From Eledone cirrhosa (lineage: Eukaryota), in the NCBI GenBank assembly GCA_964016885.1, contig OZ024748.1:22816001-22880000 (forward strand): 64,000 bases of DNA, in the 5' to 3' direction. The position numbers and the translations under genes were made by a program. The notes below the pieces were generated by a model that made no database searches, was not told the DNA's origin, and saw only the letters and a program-made list of their open reading frames with translations. This document shows positions 14,432 to 28,592 of the stretch, piece after piece; position 1 is the stretch's first letter, and every line of letters begins with the position of its first letter.

Positions 14432-14615
14432 TAATAATTGTTTCTACCTTTGGCACAAGGCCAGCAATTATTCCAGTGTATTACTGGTACTTTATTTTAA
14501 CGACCCCGTAAGGATGAAAGACAAAGTTAACCTCGGCGAGATTTGAATTCAGATCATAAAGGGCTGTAACTCTTTGCTGCAAAGCATGGCGTTCGACCCT
14601 CTACCAATACTACCA
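14432..14615 (-). mobile_element. SINE family A
   Basis: Shared core, B box and head. Confidence 0.85.
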
Positions 14616-14855
14616 ATAATAATAAAAATAATAAACAAGATAGACACCCACTCTCTCTCGTATCACTACCGTCTCTTACTTCCACCCACTTGCCTCTTCC
14701 CTATCTTCCCTTTCTCTGTATTTACTCCCTCTTTCTCTTTCCGCCTCTCCCAGTCTATTTCTATAGTTCAGTGTTTCCTTAACTCTTAATCTCTATATTT
14801 TGTTTCTTTCTATGATTTAAAGATGAACAAACAAGGAAACATAATCCTTGTTCAG

Positions 14856-14946
<91 letters not shown>

Positions 14947-14950
14947 TACT

Positions 14951-14984
<34 letters not shown>

Positions 14985-15379
14985 CAGTATATATATACTC
15001 ACACAAACACACACACATAAATATATATATATATACTCACACGGACACACACACACACATATATATACTCACACATACCACACACACACATACACATACA
15101 CACACACATATACTCACACAGACACATACCACACATACACATACACACATATACTCACACAGACACATACCACACATACACATACATACACACACACGAG
15201 TACACTCACGGACACACTCGCACACCCAAACACAAGCACAGACATACGAGTACACACACATACTCATTCACACATACACACACAAGCACAAACACACGAG
15301 TATACACACGCACACACACATTCAGACAGGCACACACAGACACAGACACACACACCCAAACACATAATACATATATATG

Positions 15380-15424
<45 letters not shown>

Positions 15425-15428
15425 GCGT

Positions 15429-15485
15429 CCAGAAATAGCCGTCGAAACGACTTGAGCTCTGCCGTCGGGGTCATACTTTTTCTAT
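15429..15485 (+). ncRNA. Hammerhead 3' half (GGGGTC family)
   Basis: GAAATAGCCGTC GAAA CGAC..GCCG TC GGGGTCAT; same family as 40793 and 62388. Confidence 0.6.
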
Positions 15486-15593
15486 ATATATATAAATATT
15501 TATTAAAATAACAGATTAAAGTTTAAGCAAAGAATCGCTGCTTTCACCCTTGGATTTTAGTCTTCAAATTTATTATTATTACTATATATATAT

Positions 15594-16035
<442 letters not shown>

Positions 16036-16053
16036 CGAGAGAGAGAGAGAGAG

Positions 16054-16425
16054 TGTGTCACTTGGAGTTACTGCAGGTTCACCCGGGAGAGTACTCGATC
16101 TTTAGGTTCACTTCAGTGTTGAGGTGTAGAGCTATACAGAGTGTATTATATTGAAAGGATAACAACGACGATTGGTTACTCCTTCATTACATTTATTGGT
16201 AGGTGACGCGCGTTTCGCCACTGATCAGCTCAAAGTTCGATCTGTATCGATCTTACTCGACTCTATATTCGGCAGCTCGACGGACCCTTTGTCGAGCTGC
16301 CGATTATAGAGCCGGGTAAGATTGATACAGATCGAACCTTGAGCTGATCAGTGGCGAAACGCGCGTCACCTACCAATAAATGTAATGAAGGAGTAACCAA
16401 TCGTCGTTGTTATCCTTTCAATATA
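16054..16425. mobile_element. Fold-back cassette (about 135-bp arms, 16147-16425) with hammerhead-like motif
   Basis: Inverted arms, each with GTGGC GAAA CGCGCG TC ACCT; the 5' core is degenerate (CCGTCGA on the minus strand). Confidence 0.7.
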
Positions 16426-16504
16426 TATATATATGTATATATATGGCAATATTATAACAACATGACCCTCCCACCAACAAGATATATTGATAGATATATT
16501 TCTT

Positions 16505-17117
16505 TATAGATAGATATCTTTCTTTATTTGCCACAGGGGCGTACAAAAATGGGACATTACAAGACGTGACGGCGGGAGTTTACATAAAAATCATATAACT
16601 TTAACATTAATAAATAACAATAAACTATATATAATAAAATAACAATTGAAATCCCCAGTAGGGGGGGGGGAACGTTACTGCAGGGTTGTTTTACACCCCG
16701 TGGATAGAACAACCCTCAACAGCAGGAACACGTTTTGTAGGTGTTCCTGTCTTCCCTCTGTTTATCTTCCTCAACCTACAGGTTTATATACAGATATGTT
16801 TCTTTATTAGATATGTTTCTTTATTAGCCACAGGGGCGCAAAAGAAGGGGACAAATACAAAGGGGGAAGTTTACATACAATAAAAACGTGTAAAATGTTA
16901 TCACAAATGCAATTTAAAAAGTTAGTCGATTTTCCCCAATGGAGGGAGACAGTTTATATGGGTAACACATACCCCTGAAAAAATGTGCAACCCTCGTCTC
17001 CAGGAGTACGAAGAGTTTGTACTCCTTTCCTCTCCTCCTCCTTTTCCTCAACCTACAGGCTGATATAGAGAGAAGGCCCATTCACTCGGGCCATTCTCGC
17101 CACTTTCACCCACCTTA
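16505..17117 (-). mobile_element. Two tandem Tx1-like LINE 3' ends
   Basis: Encode RWVKVARMARVNGPSLYISL* / YINL* plus a 3' UTR homologous to 2590-2876. Confidence 0.88.
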
Positions 17118-17759
17118 GAGAGATAGATAGAGAGATAGATAGATAGATATATATAGAGAGAGATAGATAAATATATAGAGAGAGAGATAGATAGAGAGAT
17201 AGATATACAGTGTAGTGGCAGACATTGGCAGACACCATAGGAGACAGAGGGATGGCTGCAACAGGCTGTATGGATTGTTACACAGCAAACTACATGACAG
17301 TGTGCCATGCAATACATTAAGTCTGCAACATGCAGCTAAAATGCATGTAGTCTGCTGTAAGATTCTACTGTCTAGTCTGCAGTCTACAGCTTGCTGCTAT
17401 ATCGACTGACAGAAGAGGGGGGCGGAGAGGGGGAATGAGAGGGGAGGGGGAGGGGATATATATATACACATCTCTGTATACACACATTCACACATACATA
17501 CATACATAATACATACATACATACATACATATATACATATATACATATACACATACATACACACATACACACATAGATACATACATACATACATACACAC
17601 ATACATACATACATTCATACATATATACATATACACATACATACACACATACACACATACGTACATACACATATACATACACACGCACACTCACAAACAG
17701 ACACTCTCACTGACACACACACCACGAGTAGTTGTATGTGTTTGTATTCGTGTGTAACT

Positions 17760-17790
<31 letters not shown>
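16800..17790 (-). repeat. About 1-kb segment duplicated in inverted orientation at about 46500-47510
   Basis: Shares the Tx1 truncation point, the unique 200-bp core and the microsatellite flank. Confidence 0.9.
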
Positions 17791-17800
<10 letters not shown>

Positions 17801-18060
17801 CTTCCCTGTACACATGCATATATGTACACATATATGCATATATACACATATATACACACAACCACATACACACACATTCACACATACACAAGGAGAGTAG
17901 TTGTATGTGTCTGTATACCTAACTGTACGTTTGTGTGTGTGTGTGTATATGTGTATGTATGTGTATATGTGTATGCCACCATTTACACAGATATATATAT
18001 GCACATATATATACAGACGTACACACAAACACACACACAACCCCCCCCCACACACACACC

Positions 18061-18111
<51 letters not shown>

Positions 18112-18249
18112 CACACACAAGTAGAGTACTTGTATGTATCTCTATACGTGTGTAACGGTACGTTTGTGTGTGTGTGTGTGTGTGTATGAAAATGTGTATA
18201 TGTGCATGCATCTTCCTATACACATATATATGTTCACATATATACAGAT

Positions 18250-19692
18250 ATATATACACGTATACACACGTATATATACACACGTATATACACACGTATA
18301 TACACACGTATATATACACACGCATATATACACACGTATATACACACGTATATATACACACGTATATATACACGTATATATACACACGTATATACACACG
18401 TATATACACACGTATATATACACACGTATATATACACGTATATTTACACGTATATACACACGTATATATATACATACGTATATATACACGTATATACACA
18501 CACGTATATTTACACACGTATATATACACACGTATATATACACACGTATATATACACACGTATATACACACGTATATATACACACGTATATATACACGTA
18601 TATATACACACGTATATACACACGTATATATACACACGTATATACACACGTATATACACACGTATATATACACACGTATATATACACACGTATATACACC
18701 AGTATATATATGCACACGTATATATACACGTATATTTACACGTATATACACACGTATATATATACATACATATATATACACGTATATACACACACGTATA
18801 TTTACACACGTATATATACACACGTATATATACACACGTATATACACACGTATATACACACGTATATATACACACGTATATATACACACGTATATATACA
18901 CACGTATATGCAAACGTATATATACACACGTATATACACACGTATATATACACACGTATATACACACGTATATAAATACGTACATATACACACGTATATA
19001 CACACGTATATACACACGTATATACACACATATATATACACACGTATATATAGACACGTATATACACCAGTATATATATACACACGTATATATACACGTA
19101 TATTTACACGTATATACACACGTATATATATACATACGTATATATACACGTATATACACACACGTATATTTACACACGTATATATACACACGTATATATA
19201 CACACGTATATACACACGTATATACACACATATATATATACATACGTATATATACACACGTATATATACACACGTATATGCAAACGTATATATACACACG
19301 TATATACACACGTATATATACACACATATATACACACGTATATATACACACGTATATATACACACGTATATACACACGTATATACACACGTATATACACC
19401 CACATATATACACACGTATATATACACACGTATATATACACACGTATATACACACGTATATATACACGTATATACACCCGTATATATACACACGTATATA
19501 TACACACGTATATACACCAGTATATATATACACACGTATATATACACGTATATATACACGTATATACACACGTATATATATACATACGTATATATACACG
19601 TATATACACACACGTATATTTACACACGTATATATACACACGTATATATACACACGTATATACACCCGTATATATACACTCACGTATATACA
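18250..19692. repeat. 12-14-bp minisatellite (TATATACACACG) with higher-order variants
   Basis: Direct observation. Confidence 0.92.
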
Positions 19693-19920
19693 CAGTGGGC
19701 CTGCGTGTAGGCGTGTTATGGCGACGTAACACGCCCCCCTCTCTATTTGTAATATGGTTATAGTAAAAACTGTGGGAAAGTATTTAGAAATATGTGTATG
19801 TATGTTTGTATGTATGTATGTATGTATCTATGTGTGTATATGTGTATGTATGTATGTATGTGTGTATGTGTGTATGTATGTATGTGTGTATGTGTGTACG
19901 TGTGTATGTATGCATGTATG

Positions 19921-22900
19921 TTCTTCTGGTTTTATAATTTCACAAAGTTTTACCAATAGAGAGAGAGTCGGTTTCTAACATAGACACAAGACTCTCTCAT
20001 TGGAATTTAGACAACATCAACTAGGTAGATATGTATGTATGTCTGCATGCATGTGTAGATATGGATGTTATTGTATGTGTGGATGTGGATGTTTTGAGTT
20101 GTATGTGTGCATGTGTATATGCTTTGTATCTGTACATGTGTATATGCAGTTATTAGATGCAAAATTTTTGGAATGTTTTACATATTTTTACTGTTCCATT
20201 AATGGATTGTACTTGTAATTTCCTAACTAGTTGTGTTCTTTCTGTTCCTGTGAAGCCTAGCTTCTCAAGATTTGTATTGAGGCAGTTACTAACATATCCC
20301 AGTGCCCCAATAATCACAGGCACAAATCTGAAGGTGTAATCAGGGTGGAGTATCTGCAGATTTCTCATCAGTTCTGCATAAATATTCTCCTTTTCACTAA
20401 TTTTTGATATTATATTGGCATCTGCTGGGCAGCTAATTTCCACTACTGTGCATGTTTTCTTCTCCCTGTCCCATATCATAATATCTGGTCTGTTATGCCT
20501 GCATTTTATTGGGGTTTTTACTGGAACATTCCACCAGTACTCTTTCATATTATGTACATGGATGTCTTCCACATTGTTGTAGCTTTTAATGCGTTTATTA
20601 TCGGGGCTATCTTTTTTACGAACTGCATTGTACAGTGTTTTGGCCACTATATCATGCCTCATAGGTAGATAGTACCGCGATGACATCTTTGGGCAGCTGC
20701 TGATGACATGGGTGATATCCTCGATGTTAGTTCTGCAGAGTCTGCACTTGTTATCACATCTAGGTGTTTTGCCTGCATCCCTATCTCTTTTGTGAATCAG
20801 GTATTTCGTGCTAATCTCCTGTTCTTGGATTGCAAAAGCGTATCCTTCAAAGTGGGAGCCAATATAGCGGTTGTTGGTCCAAGATAGACTACTTTCCTTA
20901 TCTATATTACTCTCACTCTGGAGCTTCCTGGCAACATATCCATGCATGATTTTTTGCTGATAGGCATGCAGTTTTTCATCCATGGATTCACTGCGATACT
21001 GCTGAGCGACATCCCTGAGTGTGAGTTTTTGATTATCACACAGGGAATATCTCTCAAGGAGTTCCTTCCCAACTCTCATGATCTTATCTGTTTCATGCAG
21101 ATAGACTTGCTCGAGAAGCGGGCTCTTACGCTTCGAGGTTCGTAGATGTTGTCGGAGAGATATGATGTGACATTCAAATGTTGTCTGGACTGATGTTAGG
21201 CCTCTGCCTCCCTGCTTACGTTTCAAGTAAAGGCGGTCTATGTCACTGTTGATGTGGAAGTTTCCGGTGTTGTTCAGTATTTTTCGAGTTCCAACATCAA
21301 CTGCTCGGATTTCGTCTATCGTCCAATTGAGTATTCCAAACGTTGGTGTTAGGACAGGCACAGCAAACACATTGTGAGCCACTGTTTTGTTTTGCGCAGA
21401 GAGTTCCGATGACCAGATCTTTCTTAATCGGGTGTAGTATTCCCTGGTTACGCGTTCTTTATTACAGATACCATTATAGGATATGTTCTCATCTATCCCC
21501 AGGTATCTGTAGCAGTCCTCATCAGATATCGGTGAAACAGTTAGACCATTGATGACAATGTTACTAGATTGGGTTGTTGTTTTTCCCCGCTTTTCAGTCA
21601 TGTATGAGCATTTATCTTGGCCAAACTCCATTCCTATATCCTTTGAGAACGTTGTAACCAGGTCAAGATTTTTCTTCATCCCATCCATGTTCTTGGCATA
21701 GAGTTTCAGATCGTCCACAAAGAAGTTATGGGTTAGGTTCGTATTTCTGTCCTCCTGTGAGCCAATGATGTATCCCTCACATTTCTTGAGCAGAAAGGAC
21801 AAGGGGTTTAATGACAAGATGAACAATATCACAGAGAGACTGTCCCCCTGAAATATACCCCTGCAATATTTTATTTTATCAGTGAAAATAGAGTCCTCCC
21901 TCTCTGTCTTTAACCTTAGGATAGTAGCCCAAGAAGAAGACAGCCTCTCTATGGCTCTGACAATAATGTCTGGGACTTTAACAAGTTGGAGGGCCTTTAT
22001 TATCCAAGAGTGGGGAACAGAATCGAAAGCTTTCTTTTAGTCCAGCCAGACTGTAGTCATATTCCTCCTAAGTTGTCGCACCTCCGACATCGCAGTTTTG
22101 TTGAGTAGGAGTTGTTCAGCACATCCCCAAACCCTTTTCTTTCCAGCTGCTTGTTCATCTGTGATGATGTTATTATTTTCACAACCCGCCGAGGTTGACT
22201 TTGCCTTTCATCCTTACGGGGTCGATAAAATAAAGTACCAGTAATGCACTGGATAATTTCTGGCCTTGTGCCTAAAGTAGAAACAGTTATTATTTTCACA
22301 GTGATCTTGGAGGAATAGGTTGAGGCAGGCTGTATACATCTTATACATCAGGTTCTGGCATGCAATGGGTCGGTAGTTTTTGCCAAGTGTGTGTCTTTGT
22401 TCTTGGGGACCAGTAGCGTTTGTGCTAATGTCAACCATTCTGGTATAAGTGTATCTCCCTTAAGAACTTGTTGGTAGAGGTCAGTAAGATACCTCCGATA
22501 GAATATTAGATTTTTGTACCAGTAGCCGACAATCATGTCTCATCCTGGTGTTTTTTTATCTTGGAGTTTTCCTATCACAGTCTCAAGGGTAGCCTCACTT
22601 ATTTCATATGTTTTTGTTGTAGTGTAGGAACAATAGTTCTTTCGGATTTCTCTTAGCCACACTGCATCTTGGTTGAAATTCTTCTTTTCACCCCATATTT
22701 TTCTCCAAAAGGAATCTATGTCTTTCTGGGATGGGACATCAGTGACACTTATTATTTTGCCCTTCATATCTCTATAGACTGATGTTTGGTTTCGTCTGAA
22801 TCTTTTATTAAGCATTTTTCTCTCATCTACCTTCTTCAGGTATCGGCGTTTTTCGCTAACAGCTCTCAATTCTTGTTTGAGGGTGATCAGCTTATATTGG

Positions 22901-24141
22901 AGAGTTCTGGTTCTACTGTTACCAAACATCGTCTCTATTTTATTTTTCACTCTTTGTTGGTGAGGAGTGAGGTTTTTTGTGTTTGTTTGCATGTAAGGAG
23001 CATTATCACATGTCCTATGTTTTTTCGTAGGTCAGCACTCTTTTTTTCTATTTTAGTTATATATGATGGTATTTTTGGTGGTGTTTTGTTCTTGTTAATA
23101 TCTCTGCTATCACCAAGATAATGCTTCACTGTCATTGCTAAGGAATATAAACAGGCGTTGATTTGCCAAAATGTTGGGGTTTTTATCCGTCGTAAATATT
23201 CATCCCCTATTTCGACAATAACACGTAGTATTTCATTATCTGGTTTTTTATTCACCATTGTCATTTTAACACGTTCAGCCAGAGAGATATTTATACATGA
23301 GTTAATTTCTCTCTGGAAGATTTCGTTGAGGGAAATTTTCAATTGTTTATACTTTTGATTATCGATAGTATTTTCCACAACAGTCGAGGTAGACTCGGAT
23401 GGTATACGTGGTGTCACATTTATTCGATTATTATTATTATTTCTTCGATTATTATTATTATCGATAGTGTTTTCCCCAGCATTCGAGGTAGACTTAGATG
23501 GTACAGGCATAGTTATTTCAAGGCGCTGTTCGACCTGGCTGCTAGGAAGTCTAGTAGCATGACGATCTGTAGCACGTGTTGTTGATTCCATATTTGTTGT
23601 GGGGGACTTACAATTAATAATATTTATCTTATTTTTACGTTCAACAAACGTCGCTTGTTGGCGTAATTGTTTCGCTGTGAAATAATTTAGATCTGGGTGC
23701 ATTTCGTCCCAGTGTAGCTTCATTCTGTTCATATAGCCAATGGAGGGATTGTTTTTTGCCATTTTATAACAATTAAATAAATCATTATTAAGTTCGCAAC
23801 TCCAAGAGAAATGCGATTTATAATTTCGGTTTCTTCTGTAGCTACAACTGAATAAAGTTTGATTACCTTCTTTGTTATTTGTCTTCGATACTTCCTTAAT
23901 TTTCTTGTTGATGTTGTGTTCAGCCATACTGTTTGTAGCAAATCCTTGTAAAATGAATTATATATTTAGTCGGATATCTCTACGAATCGAATAAAAGGTG
24001 TCTTCAGAAGGGATAGTTAGAAGAATAACCAGTTATTCAACCTGGTTGTAGTTGTGGCATTACTGTCGGAGATAGTATTCATCTTAAATTTAATAAATAG
24101 TCTCCCACGCCAAAATATGCGACTGATCGCGTTGACTGATG
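19921..24141 (-). mobile_element. Near full-length R4/Dong-like non-LTR retrotransposon (RT, CCHC, restriction-like endonuclease), disrupted
   Basis: ORF pieces 23927-22947, 22992-22540 and 21832-20153; motifs NYRPIAC, FVDDLKLY, GGRGL, CRLC..EDITHVISSC, RHD, RPDI..VEISCP..EKENIY; both ends abut (TATG)n; frameshifts and a SINE insertion. Confidence 0.92.
22184..22285 (+). mobile_element. 5'-truncated SINE family A inserted in the R4-like RT, with 15-bp TSD
   Basis: GTTATTATTTTCACA at 22169-22183 and 22286-22300. Confidence 0.9.
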
Positions 24142-24439
24142 GTATGTATGTATGTATGTATGTATGTATGTATGTATGTATGTATGTATGTATGTGTACG
24201 TGTGCATGTATGTATGTATGTATGTGTGTATGTATGTATGTGTGTATGCATGTGTGTATGTGTGTATGTGTGTATGTGTGTATGTGTTTATGTATGTGTG
24301 TATGTGTGTATGTGTGTATGTATGTGTGTATGTGTGTATGTATGTGTGTATGAATATATATACGTATGTATGAGTGTGTGTATGAATGTGCGCATGTATG
24401 TGTGTATGTGTGTATCTATGTATGTATTGGTGCTACTGG

Positions 24440-25024
24440 TAACATGTATCCCAGTACAATCTGTCCCATGGTCGGGTCGTTGGCGACTAAACTGGCAACC
24501 CCACCAAGGTTTCTTGGTGAGGAGGGTGACTTTGGACATCCTGCAGGACTAAAAACAAAACCTGTCAAAGGGCAAAGGAGCTCTTAAGAGTCAATGGCCA
24601 TCCAAAATCACCGGGAGAGATGACCCCTTAGCCTTTGTCAAGACAGAATTCTAGGAGAAGGAAAACTCTGATATAACACCTGCAACCCTGATTGTATCCA
24701 ATGATGTTGACTTGTTCTTCTTTTTGGTAAATATCATCTTGGTTAAGAGAGTGGGACTGGCTTTGTGCAGTGCCTTTGCTCACTATAAAAGCTTCACGGC
24801 ACAGGCATTGCTTTATATCTGGAGATCTCTCTACACTTGTCGTCACATGGTACCATGGGCCCAGCACTATGTGTCAGTAATTGTCACAAGTGTAGCGTTT
24901 GTATCAGAGTTTTCAAGTCGCTGGCTGGACTAAAAAGTCACACTCGTTCAGCGCATCGGTAGGAGTTCTCCTACATGGATATAAAGTAGTGGCCGTACTC
25001 GAAAACGAATTGGCAGCCACCATG
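24440..25024 (+). mobile_element. About 580-bp non-coding dispersed repeat, probably a non-autonomous RTE derivative
   Basis: Inverted copy at 49333-49889 and an internally deleted copy at 30881-31068; contains TAGCCTTTG..CTAGGAGAAGGAAAACTCTGA, which resembles an RTE 5' UTR module. Confidence 0.7.
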
Positions 25025-25273
25025 TGTGTATGTATGTGTGTATGTATGTGTGTATGAATATATATATGTATGTATGAGTGTGTATGAATGTGTGCATGTA
25101 TGTGTGTATGTATGTATGTGTGCATGTGTGTATGAATATATGTATGTATGAGTGTGTATGAATGTGTGCATGTATGTATGTACCTATGTACTTGTTTATA
25201 TACAAATACAATGAGAAAAGGGGAGCAAGGAGAAATATGAAAGCAAGGATAGTAAGGAGAGTATATATAAATA

Positions 25274-25343
<70 letters not shown>

Positions 25344-25538
25344 CCCATTAAGTATGTAATTTGTAGAAATTTGTTCTTTTTTTCTATATATTTCTACAAA
25401 TTTCATACTTGACGACCCAACATATATGTATCATCATTATCATCATCATCATCATTTTACGTCCGCTTTGCAAGGGTGGGACGGGTCCTATTCAGCACAG
25501 CATCTTTCCACTTGTCACGGTCCTTCGTCCTCTCTACC

Positions 25539-25596
<58 letters not shown>

Positions 25597-25635
25597 GATA
25601 TTAACAAATGGAAACTATGTTTATAAAACCATATT

Positions 25636-25700
25636 TATTTCATTATACATATTTCAAGGATACCAAGTTACATTATGGTATGCCTTCATCAGACAAAATA
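25636..25700 (-). ncRNA. Minimal type I hammerhead ribozyme
   Basis: Exact inverse of 25761-25825. Confidence 0.8.
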
Positions 25701-25760
25701 CAATATATACGCATTTTGAAAGGGTACGTCAATGTTTATTTATAAAACTGGTATATATTG

Positions 25761-25825
25761 TATTTTGTCTGATGAAGGCATACCATAATGTAACTTGGTA
25801 TCCTTGAAATATGTATAATGAAATA
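25761..25825 (+). ncRNA. Minimal type I hammerhead ribozyme
   Basis: TATTTTGT CTGATGA AGGCATACCA..TGGTATCCTT GAAA TATGTA TA ATGAAATA. Confidence 0.8.
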
Positions 25826-25952
25826 AATATGGTTTTATAAATATAGTTTCCATTTGTTAATATCGTATATCTACTCCAAATACTTGTCGAGTGCTTTATA
25901 TCAGTTATAAAAATATTTACTTGTTGTATCCCAACAATTTAAATAGAACTTT

Positions 25953-26013
<61 letters not shown>

Positions 26014-26145
26014 GTGAGGTTTTTTTTACAAAATGAAAAATAACCGAGGTGTTCTACACGAGTGAAAGTATAAAGAAAAAGAGATGAAATCGAAAATGCA
26101 ACTGGAGTCTTATTTTTTAAAAAAAATATATATATTTATTTCGTT

Positions 26146-26183
26146 CCTTTACCGGTTTCGCAGTTCTTCTGCTTTTCAAAAGG
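26146..26183 (-). ncRNA. 38-nt minimal hammerhead with U3-A8 core covariation
   Basis: Minus strand reads CCTT TTGAAAA GCAG aagaa CTGC GAAA CCGG TA AAGG. Confidence 0.62.
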
Positions 26184-26319
26184 TGAGTTGAGATGGAGGG
26201 TCTGTGGTTTTTCTCACATCTGATGTGAGAAAAACTACAGACCCTCCATATATATACATAATAACTAGAGATTGATTAACATATAAATATACATGAATAA
26301 TCATTAATTTTGGACTTAG

Positions 26320-26381
<62 letters not shown>

Positions 26382-26383
<2 letters not shown>

Positions 26384-26753
26384 TCACCATCATCATCATC
26401 ATTCCATTTTACGTCCGCTTTTCCCCTGCTTGCAAGGGTGGGACGGGAAACTGATTCTGGCTTGATTTCTACAGCTGGATGCCCTTCCTAACACCAACCT
26501 CATTTACAGTGAGTGCTGGGTGTTTTTTTTCCGTGGCGCTTACACGTCCAGTTTACAGTGAGTGGTGGGTGCTTTTTTGCCGTCGCACCTCCACGACCAA
26601 TTTGCAGTGGAATGATAGGGACCCCAGTCCTTATCATCTCACTTCTACAGCTGAGCAAACCGGAGCAATGTTAAACAAAGTGTCTTGCTCAAGGAAACAA
26701 CACATCACCCGGTCTGATAATTGAACTCACAACCTTTCGATTGCAGGGCCGGT

Positions 26754-26757
<4 letters not shown>
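26382..26757 (-). mobile_element. tRNA-derived SINE (family B-like) with (GAT)n tail
   Basis: Minus strand: GAGTTCAATT B box, CCTTGAGCAAGACACTT core, AGGAAGGGCATCCAGCTGTAGAAA 3' part. Confidence 0.8.
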
Positions 26758-26789
<32 letters not shown>

Positions 26790-26904
26790 CCCCCCTCTCT
26801 CTCTCTCTATATATATATATATAAATGGAGGCACATAGCTCAGTGGTTAGAGCACCGGCCCTGCTATCGAAAGGTTGTGAGAGCACAGAGTGGAATGAGA
26901 GAAA

Positions 26905-27548
26905 ATATAAAAGGAGAGCAAGGATAAAAGGAGAGGCATGAGAGTGAGGAGAGCAATGAGAAAAGGAGAGCAAGGAGGTCAAGGAAAGGAATGAGAAAAA
27001 GAGAGCAAGGAGAGCAATGAGAAAAGGAGAGTAATGAGAAAAGGAGAAAAGGAGAGCAAGGAGAGCAATGAGAAAAGGAGAGCAAGGAGAAAGGAAGAGC
27101 AAGGAAATGAAGGAGAAAAGGAGAGCAAGGAGAGTAATGAGAAAAGGAGAGCAAGAAGATCAAAGATAAAAGAGAGCAATGATAAAAGAAGAGCAAGCAG
27201 ATCAAGGATAAAAGGAGAGCAAAGAGAGGAAGGAGAAAAGGAGAGCAAGGAGAGCAAAGAGAGCAAGGAGAGCAATGAGAAAAGGAGAGCAAGGAGATCA
27301 AGGATAAAAGGAGAGCAAAGAGAGGAAGGAGAAAAGGAGAGCAAGGAGAGTAAAGAGAAAAGGAGAACAAGGCGAGCAATGAGAAACGGAGAGCAAGGAG
27401 AGCAAGGAGAGCAAGGAAAAAAGGAGAACAAGGAGAAAAGGAGTGGTTAAGGGAAATATTGCTCAAGTTATGCTGGAAGCAGACAAAGGCGAAGAAGAGG
27501 AAGAAGAAGAGGAAGAAGAAGGGGAAGAAGAAGAGGAAGAAGAAGAAA
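26905..27548. repeat. Purine-rich degenerate tandem repeat
   Basis: GGAGAGCAA / TGAGAAAA units followed by (GAA)n. Confidence 0.85.
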
Positions 27549-27551
27549 AAA

Positions 27552-27888
27552 AATCAACTGAAGGGGTACATTCTGCACCAAAATGACTTTTCTTCCTTTA
27601 CAAACATCGAGTTTTCGTCTTTTGTAACTCCTGGTACAAAGACTTTCTTCACAAGATTTTCTATCAGCACTGATTTCCTTGAGAAAGACCCTTCAGCATG
27701 GAAGGATGATCCTGATTACAAAAGTTGACTTGAAAAACTTGAGAAGACAGTTGTGAAAGAGATGTCAAACTCATTCAGGATTACAATAACATTCTCACAA
27801 AAGATGAAACTGAGAAACAATTTATTTTACAGATCATTACCGAAAACCATAAAACATTCCCAACTGCCAATAAATCCTTTATGCAAAA
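27552..27888 (+). pseudogene. DNA transposase C-terminal remnant (superfamily uncertain, Sola2- or hAT-like)
   Basis: Translation across a stop and frameshift: DFLEKDPSAWKDDPDY...ERDVKLIQDYNNILTKDETEKQFILQII..NHKTFP. Confidence 0.6.
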
Positions 27889-28070
27889 ATAATTGTTTCT
27901 ACTTTTGGCACAAGGCCAACAATTAACCAGTGCATTACTGGTACTTCATTTTATCGACCCCGTAAGGATGAAAGGCAAAGTTAACCTCGGCGGGATTTAA
28001 ACTCAGAATGACAAAGGCCGCAACTCTATACCTCAAAGCATGGCGTCCGACCCTCTACCGATACTGCCAG
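27889..28070 (-). mobile_element. SINE family A
   Basis: Shared core and head. Confidence 0.85.
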
Positions 28071-28165
28071 CAAAATTAATGTTCAATATTCAGTGTTCAC
28101 ATTATGTTTTTGATTCTATAGAAATTATTGTTGTAAATAAAAAGGCATTTCTCTTATGTATGTAT

Positions 28166-28592
28166 GTTCTTCTGGTTTTATAATTTCACAAAGTTTTACC
28201 AATAGAGAGAGAGTCGGTTTCTAACATAGACACAAGACTCTCTCATTGGAATTTACACATCAACTAGGTAGGTATGTATGTATGCATGCATGTGTAGATA
28301 TGGATGTTATTGTATGTGTGGATGTGTATGTTTTGAGTTGTATGTGTGCATGTGTATATGCTTTGTATCTGTACATGTGTATATGCAGTTATTAGATGCA
28401 AATTTTTTGGAATGTTTTACATATTTTTACTGTTCCATTAATGGATTGTACTTGTAATTTCCTAACTAGTTGTGTTCTTTCTGTTCCTGTGAAGCCTAGC
28501 TTCTCAAGATTTGTATTGAGGCAGTTACTAACATATCCTAGTGCCCCAATAATCACAGGCATAAATCTGAAGGTGTAATCAGGGTGGAGTAT
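28166..28592 (-). mobile_element. 3' fragment of the R4/Dong-like LINE
   Basis: Nearly identical to 19921-20352; (TATG)n flanks. Confidence 0.9.

Larger units (their letters stand above)
25592..25957. mobile_element. Fold-back cassette (about 115-bp arms) with two intact minimal hammerheads
   Basis: 25592-25710 is inverted against 25751-25869; tail to 25957; (TA)n on both sides. Confidence 0.82.

Noticed and set aside
19710-19735. Small GC hairpin GGCGTGTTA/TAACACGCC as a Helitron end
   Set aside because: No downstream CTRR terminus and no second copy.
26827-26882. tRNA gene
   Set aside because: Only a SINE head; it lacks the T arm and the acceptor 3' strand.
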